Source: an uncultured virus (IMG/VR IMGVR_UViG_3300046782_000572) (taxonomy: Duplodnaviria > Heunggongvirae > Uroviricota > Caudoviricetes). From it: DNA of 64,000 nucleotides. This document shows, in pieces, positions 1-8,202 of this stretch (position 1 is its first letter; each line of letters opens with the position of its first letter). Below the pieces are notes generated by a model that ran no database searches, was not told the DNA's origin, and saw nothing but the letters and a program-made list of their open reading frames with translations. A program made the position numbers and the translations under genes. The DNA lies in the IMG/VR virus record IMGVR_UViG_3300046782_000572. One strand, 5' to 3'.

Positions 1-643
1 GCTCGCCCCCCCGCGGCCGCGGGGGGGGGGCGCCGGCGAGGCGGCGTGCTGGGCATGACGGTCGGTCCCTTCTTGAATGGAAGGATGATTTTCGTCGCTT
101 AGCCAGTGTCGCTAGAGAGGCGACAGAAATGTCGCCAAGAAGTGACATCGTGCGTCAGGTGGTCGCAGATGACAAGGGCAACCGCATTGATTTTCTGTCA
201 CTTTTTAATGCAGCCTTAATGGAACACTACCGCTGGGGATGCCCATTTTGGGCATTCCACAACTGCTTGCGTGTCAATCTGCATTTTTGCGGGTGCGCCT
301 CTATCCTATCGGATAGTTCTTGTCATCCAAAAGGATGATGCGGTCGTGTCTCAGTTTAAACCAAGACATCGGCATCATAGCCGTGCGCCAGATCCTGTGT
401 TAGCGGCTTGAAAACAACTGGATTTTCTATTTTTTTGAGTAGTTCCGCCTCAACTTCGGATCCTAGTCCCTTGCGCTGTACGGCGCGCATAAAGACGTTG
501 CCGCCAAGCTAAAGGCCGCGCCCGGCGTCTTCTTCGCATTGTTGGGAGCGCTTATCATCTACATGAGCGTCGCGCGCCCGTTTTCGGCATCTGTTTATTC
601 ACCTCCAAGTCCACTCGGGACCGATTTCCGTAGATTTGGCTGG

Positions 644-874
644 TTGGGGACACCATTGGGACACCACTTCCAACACATCATTGATATTGCTAGCCTTTTG
701 CTTCCGGCATGCCTGTTGCCACGTACCCTACAAGGGTAATTTATTGTGTCTGGTGTCTTAACATGGCATAGTTGGTGGCCGCAGAAACCCTTGCGGCACA
801 AGCGGAAGTGTCTATGTTGTTCTATGGGCGTGTACAGCCGTACATTCCGCTATTTGGGACACCAGAGGGACACC
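644..874 (+). repeat. Direct GGGACACC repeats, putative integrase arm-type sites / att region
   Basis: TTGGGGACACCATTGGGACACC at 644-665, TTGGGACACCA at 854-864, GGGACACC at 867-874, upstream of the integrase. Confidence 0.45.
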
Positions 875-879
875 CAACA

Positions 880-1359
880 ATGAAGACCAAGATTTTGATG
901 CTCGCGCTCGTCTGCATCGCACTGCCCGCCAAAGCCGATCCGCCCCACCTGAAGGTCGGCCAAATGATCAGTTGGCCCGTGGGGGACGTCTACGATCGAG
1001 ACTACGTCCAGTGCTACGATCTAAAGAACGCGCAGGAGGCGTATCGCATTTACGTCTGGTCCGGTCACAGCGCAGCAGCGGTTGAGGACTTCGTTCAAGC
1101 TCACGACTTGCCGGCTAACCGACGGATCAGCGATGGAGGAGTGGCCGCCTTTTGGAGCAATGTCTGTGGCCCGCTCCTGACAAACCACAAGTATCGGGTC
1201 GCGAAGATATTTGCAGGTTGGGATGGCATCGTTTGCTTAGAGATGACTGACGGGTGGAATCCAGGCGCCAGTCCATCACCGCAGTCAGGGCCACCCGAGC
1301 CGCCGACGTGCTTTTGGGCGGTCCTCGGCATGCCGCCGACGCTTTCACGCAGCCGGTGA
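880..1359 (+). CDS. Putative secreted hypothetical protein
   Basis: Start MKTKILMLALVCIALPAKA looks like a signal peptide; GAGGGA upstream. Confidence 0.6.
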   Translation: MKTKILMLALVCIALPAKADPPHLKVGQMISWPVGDVYDRDYVQCYDLKNAQEAYRIYVWSGHSAAAVEDFVQAHDLPANRRISDGGVAAFWSNVCGPLLTNHKYRVAKIFAGWDGIVCLEMTDGWNPGASPSPQSGPPEPPTCFWAVLGMPPTLSRSR

Positions 1360-1362
1360 TTC

Positions 1363-2601
1363 ATGCCCAAGCCCCGCGCCCCCAAGCTCGAAAGCGCCAC
1401 CGCCCGCCTCAAGCTGCCGATCGCCAAAAAGCCGATCTGGGTGGCCCTGGCGCCCAACATCTCGCTCGGCTATCGCCGCAACGCTGGGGCCGGCACGTGG
1501 AGCGTCCGCGTCCGCGGCAATGGTGCGGAGTGGATGAAGCGCATCGGCCTCGCCGACGATCTTGAGCCCGCCGCGCCGCCGGCCGTGCTGACCTTCTGGC
1601 AAGCCCAGGAGGAAGCCCGCAAGCTGGCGCGTCAGCAGCCGGGGGCGCCGGTCGACGAGAGCCGGCCAGTCACCGCCGGCGAGGCGCTCGATCGCTACGA
1701 GACCTATTTGAAAGCCCGCGGCGGCCGACCCTACAACGCGCAGCAGCCGCGCGCGCTACTGCCGGCGGCCATGCTCGACAAGCCTGTGCAGTTGCTCTCC
1801 CGCGGCGAGCTCGGGCGCTGGCGCGACAGCCTGGTCGGCGATCGGCAGGCCGCGACCGTCAACCGGCTCGTGAAAGGCCTGATGGCGTCGTTTGCCCTGG
1901 CCGCCGAGACCGACGCCCGCGTTCGGGCGCACCTGGGCGAGCTGAAGATCAAGGCGCTGCCGGCGGCGGCACGGGCGCGCAACGTGGTCCTCACCGACGA
2001 TCAGGTGCGGGCAATCGTCCGCGCGGCCTATGAGCATGATCCGCAGCTCGGGCTGTTCGTCGACGTGCTGGCCGCGACCGGGGCGAGGCCGGTCCAGGTG
2101 GCGCGTCTCACCATCGCCGATCTGCTGGACGTCCCGCCGCGCCTCATGATGCCGAGGTCGGCCAAGGGCGGCAGCAAGGACCGACTCGCCCGTTTGGCCG
2201 AGCACGTCGCCGTGCCCGTCACCGCCTCGCTAGCGCGGCGCCTGAGGGCCGCAGCCGAGGGGAGGGCTACACATGCCCCGCTGCTCGTTCAGCGCACCAG
2301 CGGGCTTCCCTGGGGCCATGACCCGTGCTCGTTCTATCGCCCGGCGGTCCGCGAGGTCGTCGCGGCGGTCGGGCTCGATCCCGATCGGATTACGCTGTAC
2401 GCGCTGCGGCACTCGGCCATCACGCGGCAGTTACTGGCCGGCACGCCGATCCGAATTGTGGCGGCGGTCAGCGATACCAGCGTCGTGATGATCGAGAAGC
2501 ACTACGCGAAGGACATCGCCTCGCACAGCGACGAGATTTTCCGCCGCGGCCTGCTGCAGGACGAGGCGCCCGCCGACAACGTGGTTAGTCTGAAGAGGTA
2601 A
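1363..2601 (+). CDS. Tyrosine recombinase/integrase
   Basis: TGARP (R), YALRHS (HxxR variant), IEKHYA (Tyr); N-terminal arm-binding-like domain. Confidence 0.9.
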   Translation: MPKPRAPKLESATARLKLPIAKKPIWVALAPNISLGYRRNAGAGTWSVRVRGNGAEWMKRIGLADDLEPAAPPAVLTFWQAQEEARKLARQQPGAPVDESRPVTAGEALDRYETYLKARGGRPYNAQQPRALLPAAMLDKPVQLLSRGELGRWRDSLVGDRQAATVNRLVKGLMASFALAAETDARVRAHLGELKIKALPAAARARNVVLTDDQVRAIVRAAYEHDPQLGLFVDVLAATGARPVQVARLTIADLLDVPPRLMMPRSAKGGSKDRLARLAEHVAVPVTASLARRLRAAAEGRATHAPLLVQRTSGLPWGHDPCSFYRPAVREVVAAVGLDPDRITLYALRHSAITRQLLAGTPIRIVAAVSDTSVVMIEKHYAKDIASHSDEIFRRGLLQDEAPADNVVSLKR

Positions 2602-2614
2602 CCCCCAAACGCAG

Positions 2615-2638
2615 AACCCCGGCCTAGCGGCCGGGGTT
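2615..2638. terminator. Hairpin between convergent units
   Basis: AACCCCGGCC-TAGC-GGCCGGGGTT perfect 10-bp stem just after the integrase stop. Confidence 0.55.
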
Positions 2639-2810
2639 GTGGATCGAGGGTTGGGCACACCGCTACTTCCGCGTCATTTTGCTGGTCTGGGCCAGGGAAC
2701 GTCCCGGTCTCGATAACTATATAATAGCGATTACTTGGCGGAAGTCAAGTATAGTTAATTGTCGCATGTATATCGTTCTCCTCTGAGCGTCATTTTCCGG
2801 CCTTTCCCTC

Positions 2811-3185
2811 TCAAGAGCCGAGGGCCTTTGCGACCTCGAACAGCTTCTCTTCGGCATCGGCGAAGCGGCGGCCAATATTCGCCGGGATGGTCTGGTCCTC
2901 GTGCGGCGCGGTGTCGATGCACGCCAGGAACGCCGCGCGCGCGTCGCGCCATTCGAGCAGCACCGAGGCGACCGCCGCGAGGGCAGCCTTTCTCTTTTCC
3001 AGAATCATAACGGCTTGCGTCAAATCGCGCTCATTCTGCCAAGTGACGTTGACGGCGTATTCGCGTTCCTTTGGAGGGGCCAATTCTCGTTCATCGGTGA
3101 ACTGCTCGGTGACTTGTATATCGAGCGAGCCGTGCAACGGGTTGAGAAGGTCGAGCAAGATTTGGATTGTCTCGGCATCGATCAT
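2811..3185 (-). CDS. Hypothetical phage protein; C-terminus homologous to 58135-58317
   Basis: Shared EWRDARAAFLACID..PHEDQ..FADAEEKLFEVA. Confidence 0.7.
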   Translation of the reverse strand: MIDAETIQILLDLLNPLHGSLDIQVTEQFTDERELAPPKEREYAVNVTWQNERDLTQAVMILEKRKAALAAVASVLLEWRDARAAFLACIDTAPHEDQTIPANIGRRFADAEEKLFEVAKALGS

Positions 3186-3367
3186 AAAAGGCGCTCCGAC
3201 TGCGCCTGCTTCTCGTAGTCGTCCGCGATCTCGACCAGGATATCGATCTGCCGCTTGGCGTCACCCGCCTCGATCTTGCCGATCTCGATCCAGTGCGGGT
3301 ACAGCCGCCGGCGCAGCTTCAGCTCGCGCTCGATCTCCCTGAGCTTATCCTCGGCTGCGATCACCAC
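3182..3367 (-). CDS. Small hypothetical phage protein
   Basis: Overlaps both neighbours in the operon; EIERELKLRRRLYP. Confidence 0.65.
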   Translation of the reverse strand: MVIAAEDKLREIERELKLRRRLYPHWIEIGKIEAGDAKRQIDILVEIADDYEKQAQSERLL

Positions 3368-3546
3368 GACTTGACCTTCTCGATGGCGGCGCGTGCAATC
3401 TCGCGGGCTTCGTATTTGGTCATTGCAGTAAGCGTTTTGCCGGGTGCTGGGTTTGCGCCGCGAAAGCCCTCGACAATAGCCTCCAAAGCCTCAAGCAGAT
3501 CGGGTCCGGCTCTCCTGATGCGCTCAAGCTCCTCTAGGGTTTTCAT
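3361..3546 (-). CDS. Small hypothetical protein, homologue of 58718-58906
   Basis: Near-identical MKTLEELERIR.AGPDLLEALEAIVEGFRGA. Confidence 0.75.
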   Translation of the reverse strand: MKTLEELERIRRAGPDLLEALEAIVEGFRGANPAPGKTLTAMTKYEAREIARAAIEKVKSW

Positions 3547-3562
3547 GACATTTCAAATCCCC

Positions 3563-3653
3563 AAAATATCCCTGCCTTGCCTCGCCATGCCACGCCCGGC
3601 CACACCCAGCCTGGCCGTGCCGGGCCGTACCGCGCCTCGCCTCGCCGGGCCAT
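3563..3653 (-). ncRNA. (GGY-NN)16 pentamer tract, putative gapped-code guide RNA
   Basis: 16 in-phase RCC-NN units on + (3574-3653, two use ACC), tail GGCAGGGATATTTT on -; NN string matches 58928-58969. Confidence 0.8.
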
Positions 3654-3658
3654 ATCCA

Positions 3659-4189
3659 TCAAATGTTCATATGAAACCGCATCGAGCAGATCCACTGATG
3701 CACCGTCGCGTCCTCCGGCATTCCGTCCGCGGCGGCATCGAGATAGGGCTGCAGCTTGCGGACGATGTTCAAGACCGTGCTGTGATCGAAGCCGCCGAGA
3801 CGGCGGCCGATCTCCACTGTGCTGCGCGTCGTCAATTTGCAGCATAGCGACATCGCGATTCCGCGGGGGTAGACGACCTCGAGATTGCGCCGGCGGGCAA
3901 ATAGCTCGGTCTTGGAGCAGCCGAACGACAGGCACGTTTCCCGCACGATCTCATCGACCATTGACGTCGGCGCATGAGGCGCGGTCGGTGGGCGGATTCG
4001 CTCAGGCAGTGCGGCGGGCGACGATGGCGAAGCGGGTCGCGCAAGGTGCTGCAAGAGCGCTGCGGGCGGCCGCGGCCGCGGCGGCGCAGGCATAAGCTGC
4101 CGCCAAAATGCCGAGTGGATCGACCGGTACCTCGCCAGCATTTCGTCCGCGCTCGAATAATCCGGCACTTGTGCGGGTGCGACCTTCAT
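3659..4189 (-). CDS. DnaA C-terminal (Bac_DnaA_C-like) HTH protein
   Basis: RR..EVVYPRGIAMSLC..T.RS.VEIGRRLGGFDHSTVL; start set at MKVAPAQ. Confidence 0.8.
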   Translation of the reverse strand: MKVAPAQVPDYSSADEMLARYRSIHSAFWRQLMPAPPRPRPPAALLQHLARPASPSSPAALPERIRPPTAPHAPTSMVDEIVRETCLSFGCSKTELFARRRNLEVVYPRGIAMSLCCKLTTRSTVEIGRRLGGFDHSTVLNIVRKLQPYLDAAADGMPEDATVHQWICSMRFHMNI

Positions 4190-4191
4190 TG

Positions 4192-4392
4192 CTACGCCTT
4201 CCGCTCTACATCGCTTTCGATTTCTTCCATGCGGACTATCAGGTGGTCTAACGCAGTATCCCGATCCTCGTGATGGGTCAGAAACCACAGCAGAATGGCG
4301 GCGAGCATGCCCTCTCGACTATCGTCGTCGAGGGGCGTGAGGATGCCCCGCATGATGTTGAGGTCGCGATGGACCTCAGTTTCGGTTTTCAT
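4192..4392 (-). CDS. Hypothetical protein, homologue of 59398-59601
   Basis: Shared VHRDL..MR.IL.P..DD.REGMLA. Confidence 0.75.
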   Translation of the reverse strand: MKTETEVHRDLNIMRGILTPLDDDSREGMLAAILLWFLTHHEDRDTALDHLIVRMEEIESDVERKA

Positions 4393-4411
4393 GTTGCCTC
4401 TCCGCTAAATT

Positions 4412-4576
4412 GACAAAGGTATCCCTGCCCTGCCTTGCCCCGCCACGCCTGGCCCCGCCACGCCTCGCCCTGCCGCGCCCCGCCGCGCCGCGCCACAACC
4501 CAAATCCACAAAAGTATCCCTGCCATGCCTCGCCATGCCTCGCCGTGCCATGCCGCGCCGGGCCACGCCGCGCCAA
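4412..4576 (-). ncRNA. Two (GGC-NN) tracts (11 and 14 units), putative guide array
   Basis: Units 4522-4576 and 4427-4496, each followed on - by GGCAGGGATAC(T/C)TTT. Confidence 0.75.
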
Positions 4577-4589
4577 AATCCTGCGTCCG

Positions 4590-4805
4590 TCATGACGCGC
4601 CTCGCTTTCCTTCGGCGATCATCAAGGCGTCGCGCACCCGCATGCCCAGGCGGCCGGGGCTGACGCGGATGATCCGGGCACTGTGCGCTCTTTGCAAAGT
4701 TCTCACGCTGACGCCGGCCAGCTCGGCGGCCTGGCGGATATTGATAATTTTCAACAGTTCGATCTCCGTAGGGAGTGGCGAGTCTTCAAGGCGCTTTCTG
4801 CTCAT
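4590..4805 (-). CDS. Excisionase-like HTH protein
   Basis: INIRQAAELAGVSVRTLQR HTH pattern. Confidence 0.65.
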   Translation of the reverse strand: MSRKRLEDSPLPTEIELLKIINIRQAAELAGVSVRTLQRAHSARIIRVSPGRLGMRVRDALMIAEGKRGAS

Positions 4806-5010
4806 TCTTCGGACCTCCTTCTCGCTCGGTGATCCATTCATTTGCCGCCGCCATTGAGATCACCGCCCGACTGCCTAATTTCATTTCGCGCGGGCCGAGT
4901 CCCTGTCTGCGTAGTTTGTAGTAAAACGGCACTGAGATGCGGAACGCCTGGCAAAATTCCGGGACACTCATAGCTAAAACCGGCGTGTGGTGAGATTTCT
5001 TGCTCAGCAT
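4786..5010 (-). CDS. AlpA/excisionase-like HTH protein
   Basis: AMSVPEFCQAFRISVPFYYKLRRQGLGP. Confidence 0.7.
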   Translation of the reverse strand: MLSKKSHHTPVLAMSVPEFCQAFRISVPFYYKLRRQGLGPREMKLGSRAVISMAAANEWITEREGGPKNEQKAP

Positions 5011-5023
5011 TACCCGCCCCTTA

Positions 5024-5196
5024 AATCATCCAAGTATCCCTGCCTCGCCTTGCCTTGCCAGGCCAGGCCAAGCCGCGCCCCGCCATGCCGCGCCTCGCCT
5101 CGCCGCATCGGGAAATCGCCAAAGTATCCATGCCTCGCCCTGCCATGCCCCGCCGCGCCGCGCCACGCCAAGCCTGGCCTGGCCCCGCCTCGCCGC
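5024..5196 (-). ncRNA. Two (GGC-NN)13 tracts, putative guide array
   Basis: Units 5132-5196 and 5042-5106 with GGATACTT tails; starts 2 nt after the ParB-like gene stop. Confidence 0.75.
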
Positions 5197-5198
5197 AC

Positions 5199-5861
5199 TC
5201 AAGCCGCACTCGATTTCGCCTGAGCCTTTACATTCGCCCAAAGCGAAATCAGCCTTTCCATCTCATGTGTGAAACCGTCGGATCGCGGCCACATATCGGT
5301 CTCGATCAGCACGCAAAGCTGACGCAGATGAAACGTCGCCTTGCCGCCGCTGTATCTGCGATTGAGCGCTTGTTGTTCTGTGTTGAGCGTTTCGCCGTGT
5401 AGGTGGCTCAGGCCGCCTTTGAGTGCGATCGGATGGCCGTCTGGCGCGTTGGCAAAGCCGCGCTCGATCTTCTCAATCCTTTCGAGAGGCAGACGAACCA
5501 CCTCGGCAATCTGCTCGCGCGTATAGCCATACTGCTCCAATCGAAGCACCGAATGACGGATCGTATATTGATCAAGCGGCGTGCCGTGGCCGATATTTAA
5601 CCTAACAGCGTCGGCGAACATGTCGGCGTCGCTGGCATACTTTTTCTCGATGACATCGACCTTTGTTATGCCCTTGCGCCGGTAAACTTCCAAACGGTGG
5701 CGCCCATCGACGAGACGGTGCGTCTTTACTTCCACAACGAGTGGAGGAAACTTGGCGCCAGCCTCGCCGGCAAGCGCAAGCCGCTGAATGTTGAATTCGG
5801 ATACGCCATTTCTTGGATACATAGTCTCGTCGAATACTATTTCGCCGATCGCTAGTTTCAT
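5199..5861 (-). CDS. ParB/Srx N-terminal domain protein
   Basis: FPPLVV....RLVDGRHRLEVYR and N..HG.PL motifs; AAGGAGG RBS before MKLAIG; the longer ORF-track start is translated repeat. Confidence 0.8.
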   Translation of the reverse strand: MKLAIGEIVFDETMYPRNGVSEFNIQRLALAGEAGAKFPPLVVEVKTHRLVDGRHRLEVYRRKGITKVDVIEKKYASDADMFADAVRLNIGHGTPLDQYTIRHSVLRLEQYGYTREQIAEVVRLPLERIEKIERGFANAPDGHPIALKGGLSHLHGETLNTEQQALNRRYSGGKATFHLRQLCVLIETDMWPRSDGFTHEMERLISLWANVKAQAKSSAA

Positions 5862-5876
5862 CGGTTCCTCCTTAGT

Positions 5877-6153
5877 CAAAACCCTGCCCTGCCCCGCCTT
5901 GCCTCGCCCGGCCAGGCCCCGCCACGCCACGCCAGGCCAAGCCGCGCCCTGCCTCGCCCAGCCGCGCCCAGCCCCATTGGAAATTGCCAAAACAGCCCTG
6001 CCATGCCTCGCCCCGCCCCGCCACGCCTTGCCGCGCCGCGCCGGGCCTCGCCGCGCCGTAACTGCAATCGACAAAGTATCCCTGCCTTGCCTCGCCCGGC
6101 CAGGCCCCGCCATGCCTCGCCTGGCCGCGCCTCGCCAGGCCGTGCCACGCCGC
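5877..6153 (-). ncRNA. Three (GGC-NN) tracts (14, 13, 18 units), putative guide array
   Basis: Units 6084-6153, 5995-6059, 5886-5975 separated by AT-richer linkers. Confidence 0.75.
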
Positions 6154-6156
6154 ATC

Positions 6157-6798
6157 TCAATCCTCGACTGTGAACGATCTCACCGCGAAGCGGCCAAACG
6201 GCCCGTTTTTTTGTGGCCGATAATCGCCGACGCCCATGCGGTTGCCGGCGTCGCCCATGATTTCGGCGATGATCTCCGGGGTTTTGATCAGCACCGGATC
6301 AAATTCAACTCGAAAGGTCGCGGACCACTCATCGAAACGCGGTCGGCGTCGAATGATGCCCTGGCGCTGTACAATCGCGCGTCTGCTGTCGATCACATAA
6401 TCCTTGATCGGCGAGCCATCGCGACGCTGTAGAGGGATCAATTCTTCGGCCACCACAACGTGGGCCAGGTGGCTCTTCATGGTCGAACGCTTGGCCTTCC
6501 AGGCACTGGCGGCGCCAAGCAGCGAGGCGCGAAAGGCTTCGCCCTTGATTGCGCAGGTGCCATCCGGAAGGCGATAGACGCCGTTCTCGGCTTCTACTTC
6601 GGCCTCGGGGATTCTCGTGCCGCGCTTGGCGCTCGTATCGCCGCCCATGGATTCCGGGTTATGAGTGAGCAGCGGTTTGATGCCATCGATGGTGATCTGA
6701 ATTGTGCGGATCGTTGGCGTCGCTGGCCCAAGTGCGGGTTCTGACGCCGCCGGTATGGAAACTTTCGCTTTTGGTTTCGTCGTCGTTTTATCCAACAT
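6157..6798 (-). CDS. Stand-alone RAMP/Cas7-like protein (Vipr-like), putative RNA-guided effector
   Basis: GIKPLLTH, GEAFRASLLGAA, RRRPRFDEW, G-rich loop AGNRMGVGDYRPQKNGPFGRF; GGAGAG RBS; flanked by pentamer tracts. Confidence 0.75.
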   Translation of the reverse strand: MLDKTTTKPKAKVSIPAASEPALGPATPTIRTIQITIDGIKPLLTHNPESMGGDTSAKRGTRIPEAEVEAENGVYRLPDGTCAIKGEAFRASLLGAASAWKAKRSTMKSHLAHVVVAEELIPLQRRDGSPIKDYVIDSRRAIVQRQGIIRRRPRFDEWSATFRVEFDPVLIKTPEIIAEIMGDAGNRMGVGDYRPQKNGPFGRFAVRSFTVED

Positions 6799-6815
6799 GC
6801 TGTGCTCTCCCTTGT

Positions 6816-6988
6816 TTAAGACCCTGCCTTGCCTTGCCCTGCCCTGCCTCGCCACGCCTCGCCTGGCCTCGCCATGCCTTGCCTCGCCGTGCCCCGCCGC
6901 GCCGCAACTCATGCAATCCACAAAAGTATCCCTGCCTCGCCACGCCGGGCCACGCCTTGCCATGCCGCGCCGTGCCAGGCCCCGCCGT
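6816..6988 (-). ncRNA. Two (GGC-NN) tracts (11 and 16 units), putative guide array
   Basis: Units 6934-6988 and 6826-6905 between recT and the RAMP-like gene. Confidence 0.75.
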
Positions 6989-7001
6989 AATCAAAATCCA
7001 C

Positions 7002-8180
7002 CTAATTCATCTCATCAAACGCGGCTTTAACTTCCGCTGACAACGCAGCAGTATCATCGGCCGTCATTCCTGCGGCATTACGCAGGCTCCGCGCGTTCGG
7101 CCCGGACCACCATGCGAGCATATCGCCACTGGCTTTTCCGCCGGACCGTTTTGCGGCCTCGATGATCTGGCGCGTCAACATCCGAAAAACCTCGGGGTCT
7201 TTCGGCGGCTGTTTCTGCGCCATGCCGATCAGGGCGCCGACGGTCAACTCGGGATCGGCCCGCGACGCCTCGCCGGTGTCGGCGTCGTGCTCGATCACGG
7301 TGTCGTCGCCCGGCTGCGGGTCGCCCGGGTCGTCTGCGCTCGGCGGCGGCGGATCGCCTTCGCTATCGCTAGTGCTGCTGCCGGCCCACTTCTCAAGCGC
7401 CGCCATCGCGCTGGCGGGCTGGCGCTTCGTCACCTGCTTGCCGCGCTCGGCCGCGCCTTTGAGATCATACAATTCATCATCCCGTCTAACCACGTCATCG
7501 AGGTCGGTTGACATCGGCAATGACTTGCAGTGCAAGCGCACCACGGTTTTGCGGCACATTTCCGGGTAAGCGATCGGATCACTCCATGGGCCTCTCTTCG
7601 ATTTCGAATAGCGCTTGCGGATGTCCTCGATCTCCTCGATTGACATAATTTCGTAAGCCTTGGTGCCGTCCTTGAAGACGGCAATCGAATAGGCCGCGAT
7701 GATCTTGCGCCCGCGCCCACCACGCAACGACGGCCGGTGGTGAATGTGCGGATCGTCGCCGAGTTGATATTCGAAGGCGTCGCCCTCGTGCACGACATGT
7801 GCATACAGATCGGATAGCTCTCCGCTGTTGCGCGCCTTCTTGCGGATGCCGGCAACCATTGGCATCCAAGCGGCCTGATCGCCGCTCTTGCGGCCGTCCT
7901 CGTTTTCGGAAAACGGAACGATAGCGCCTTCTCTGCCGTCCGGCAGCAGGCCGTCAGCGGCGGCTTTCATCGCTGCATTGAAAAGCGATTGCCTCGTACA
8001 CTTAAAAAGCGACGGCGAATTTTGGAGTGCCGTCATGATACATCTATTAAACCGCTCTAACGGAATATGCGCCGGCAGCGCATACGCGAATTGCGGTCCC
8101 ATCTTTTCCAGATCGCGCCGAAACTGTTCGATAACGGCCTTCGGACCTTGCGGAGCGGTGGTGACTTGTTGTGTGTTCAT
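7002..8180 (-). CDS. recT: RecT-family single-strand annealing protein
   Basis: LPAHIPLERF, AADGLLPDGREGAIVPF, GPW..YPEMCRKTVVR..CKSLPMS. Confidence 0.92.
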   Translation of the reverse strand: MNTQQVTTAPQGPKAVIEQFRRDLEKMGPQFAYALPAHIPLERFNRCIMTALQNSPSLFKCTRQSLFNAAMKAAADGLLPDGREGAIVPFSENEDGRKSGDQAAWMPMVAGIRKKARNSGELSDLYAHVVHEGDAFEYQLGDDPHIHHRPSLRGGRGRKIIAAYSIAVFKDGTKAYEIMSIEEIEDIRKRYSKSKRGPWSDPIAYPEMCRKTVVRLHCKSLPMSTDLDDVVRRDDELYDLKGAAERGKQVTKRQPASAMAALEKWAGSSTSDSEGDPPPPSADDPGDPQPGDDTVIEHDADTGEASRADPELTVGALIGMAQKQPPKDPEVFRMLTRQIIEAAKRSGGKASGDMLAWWSGPNARSLRNAAGMTADDTAALSAEVKAAFDEMN

Positions 8181-8202
8181 CGTTTACTCTCCGAGCGTTT
8201 TT

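Noticed and set aside
1..600. tRNA or host gene at the left boundary
   Set aside because: No cloverleaf or credible ORF recognised; integration target cannot be identified
3574..3653. Simple microsatellite from slippage
   Set aside because: NN positions are highly varied while GGY is fixed, and the NN string matches a distant coding sequence
5862..6155. N-terminal extensions of the ParB-like ORF (and similarly 6799-6963 for the RAMP-like ORF)
   Set aside because: Translated repeat; good RBS and ATG lie downstream at 5861 and 6798
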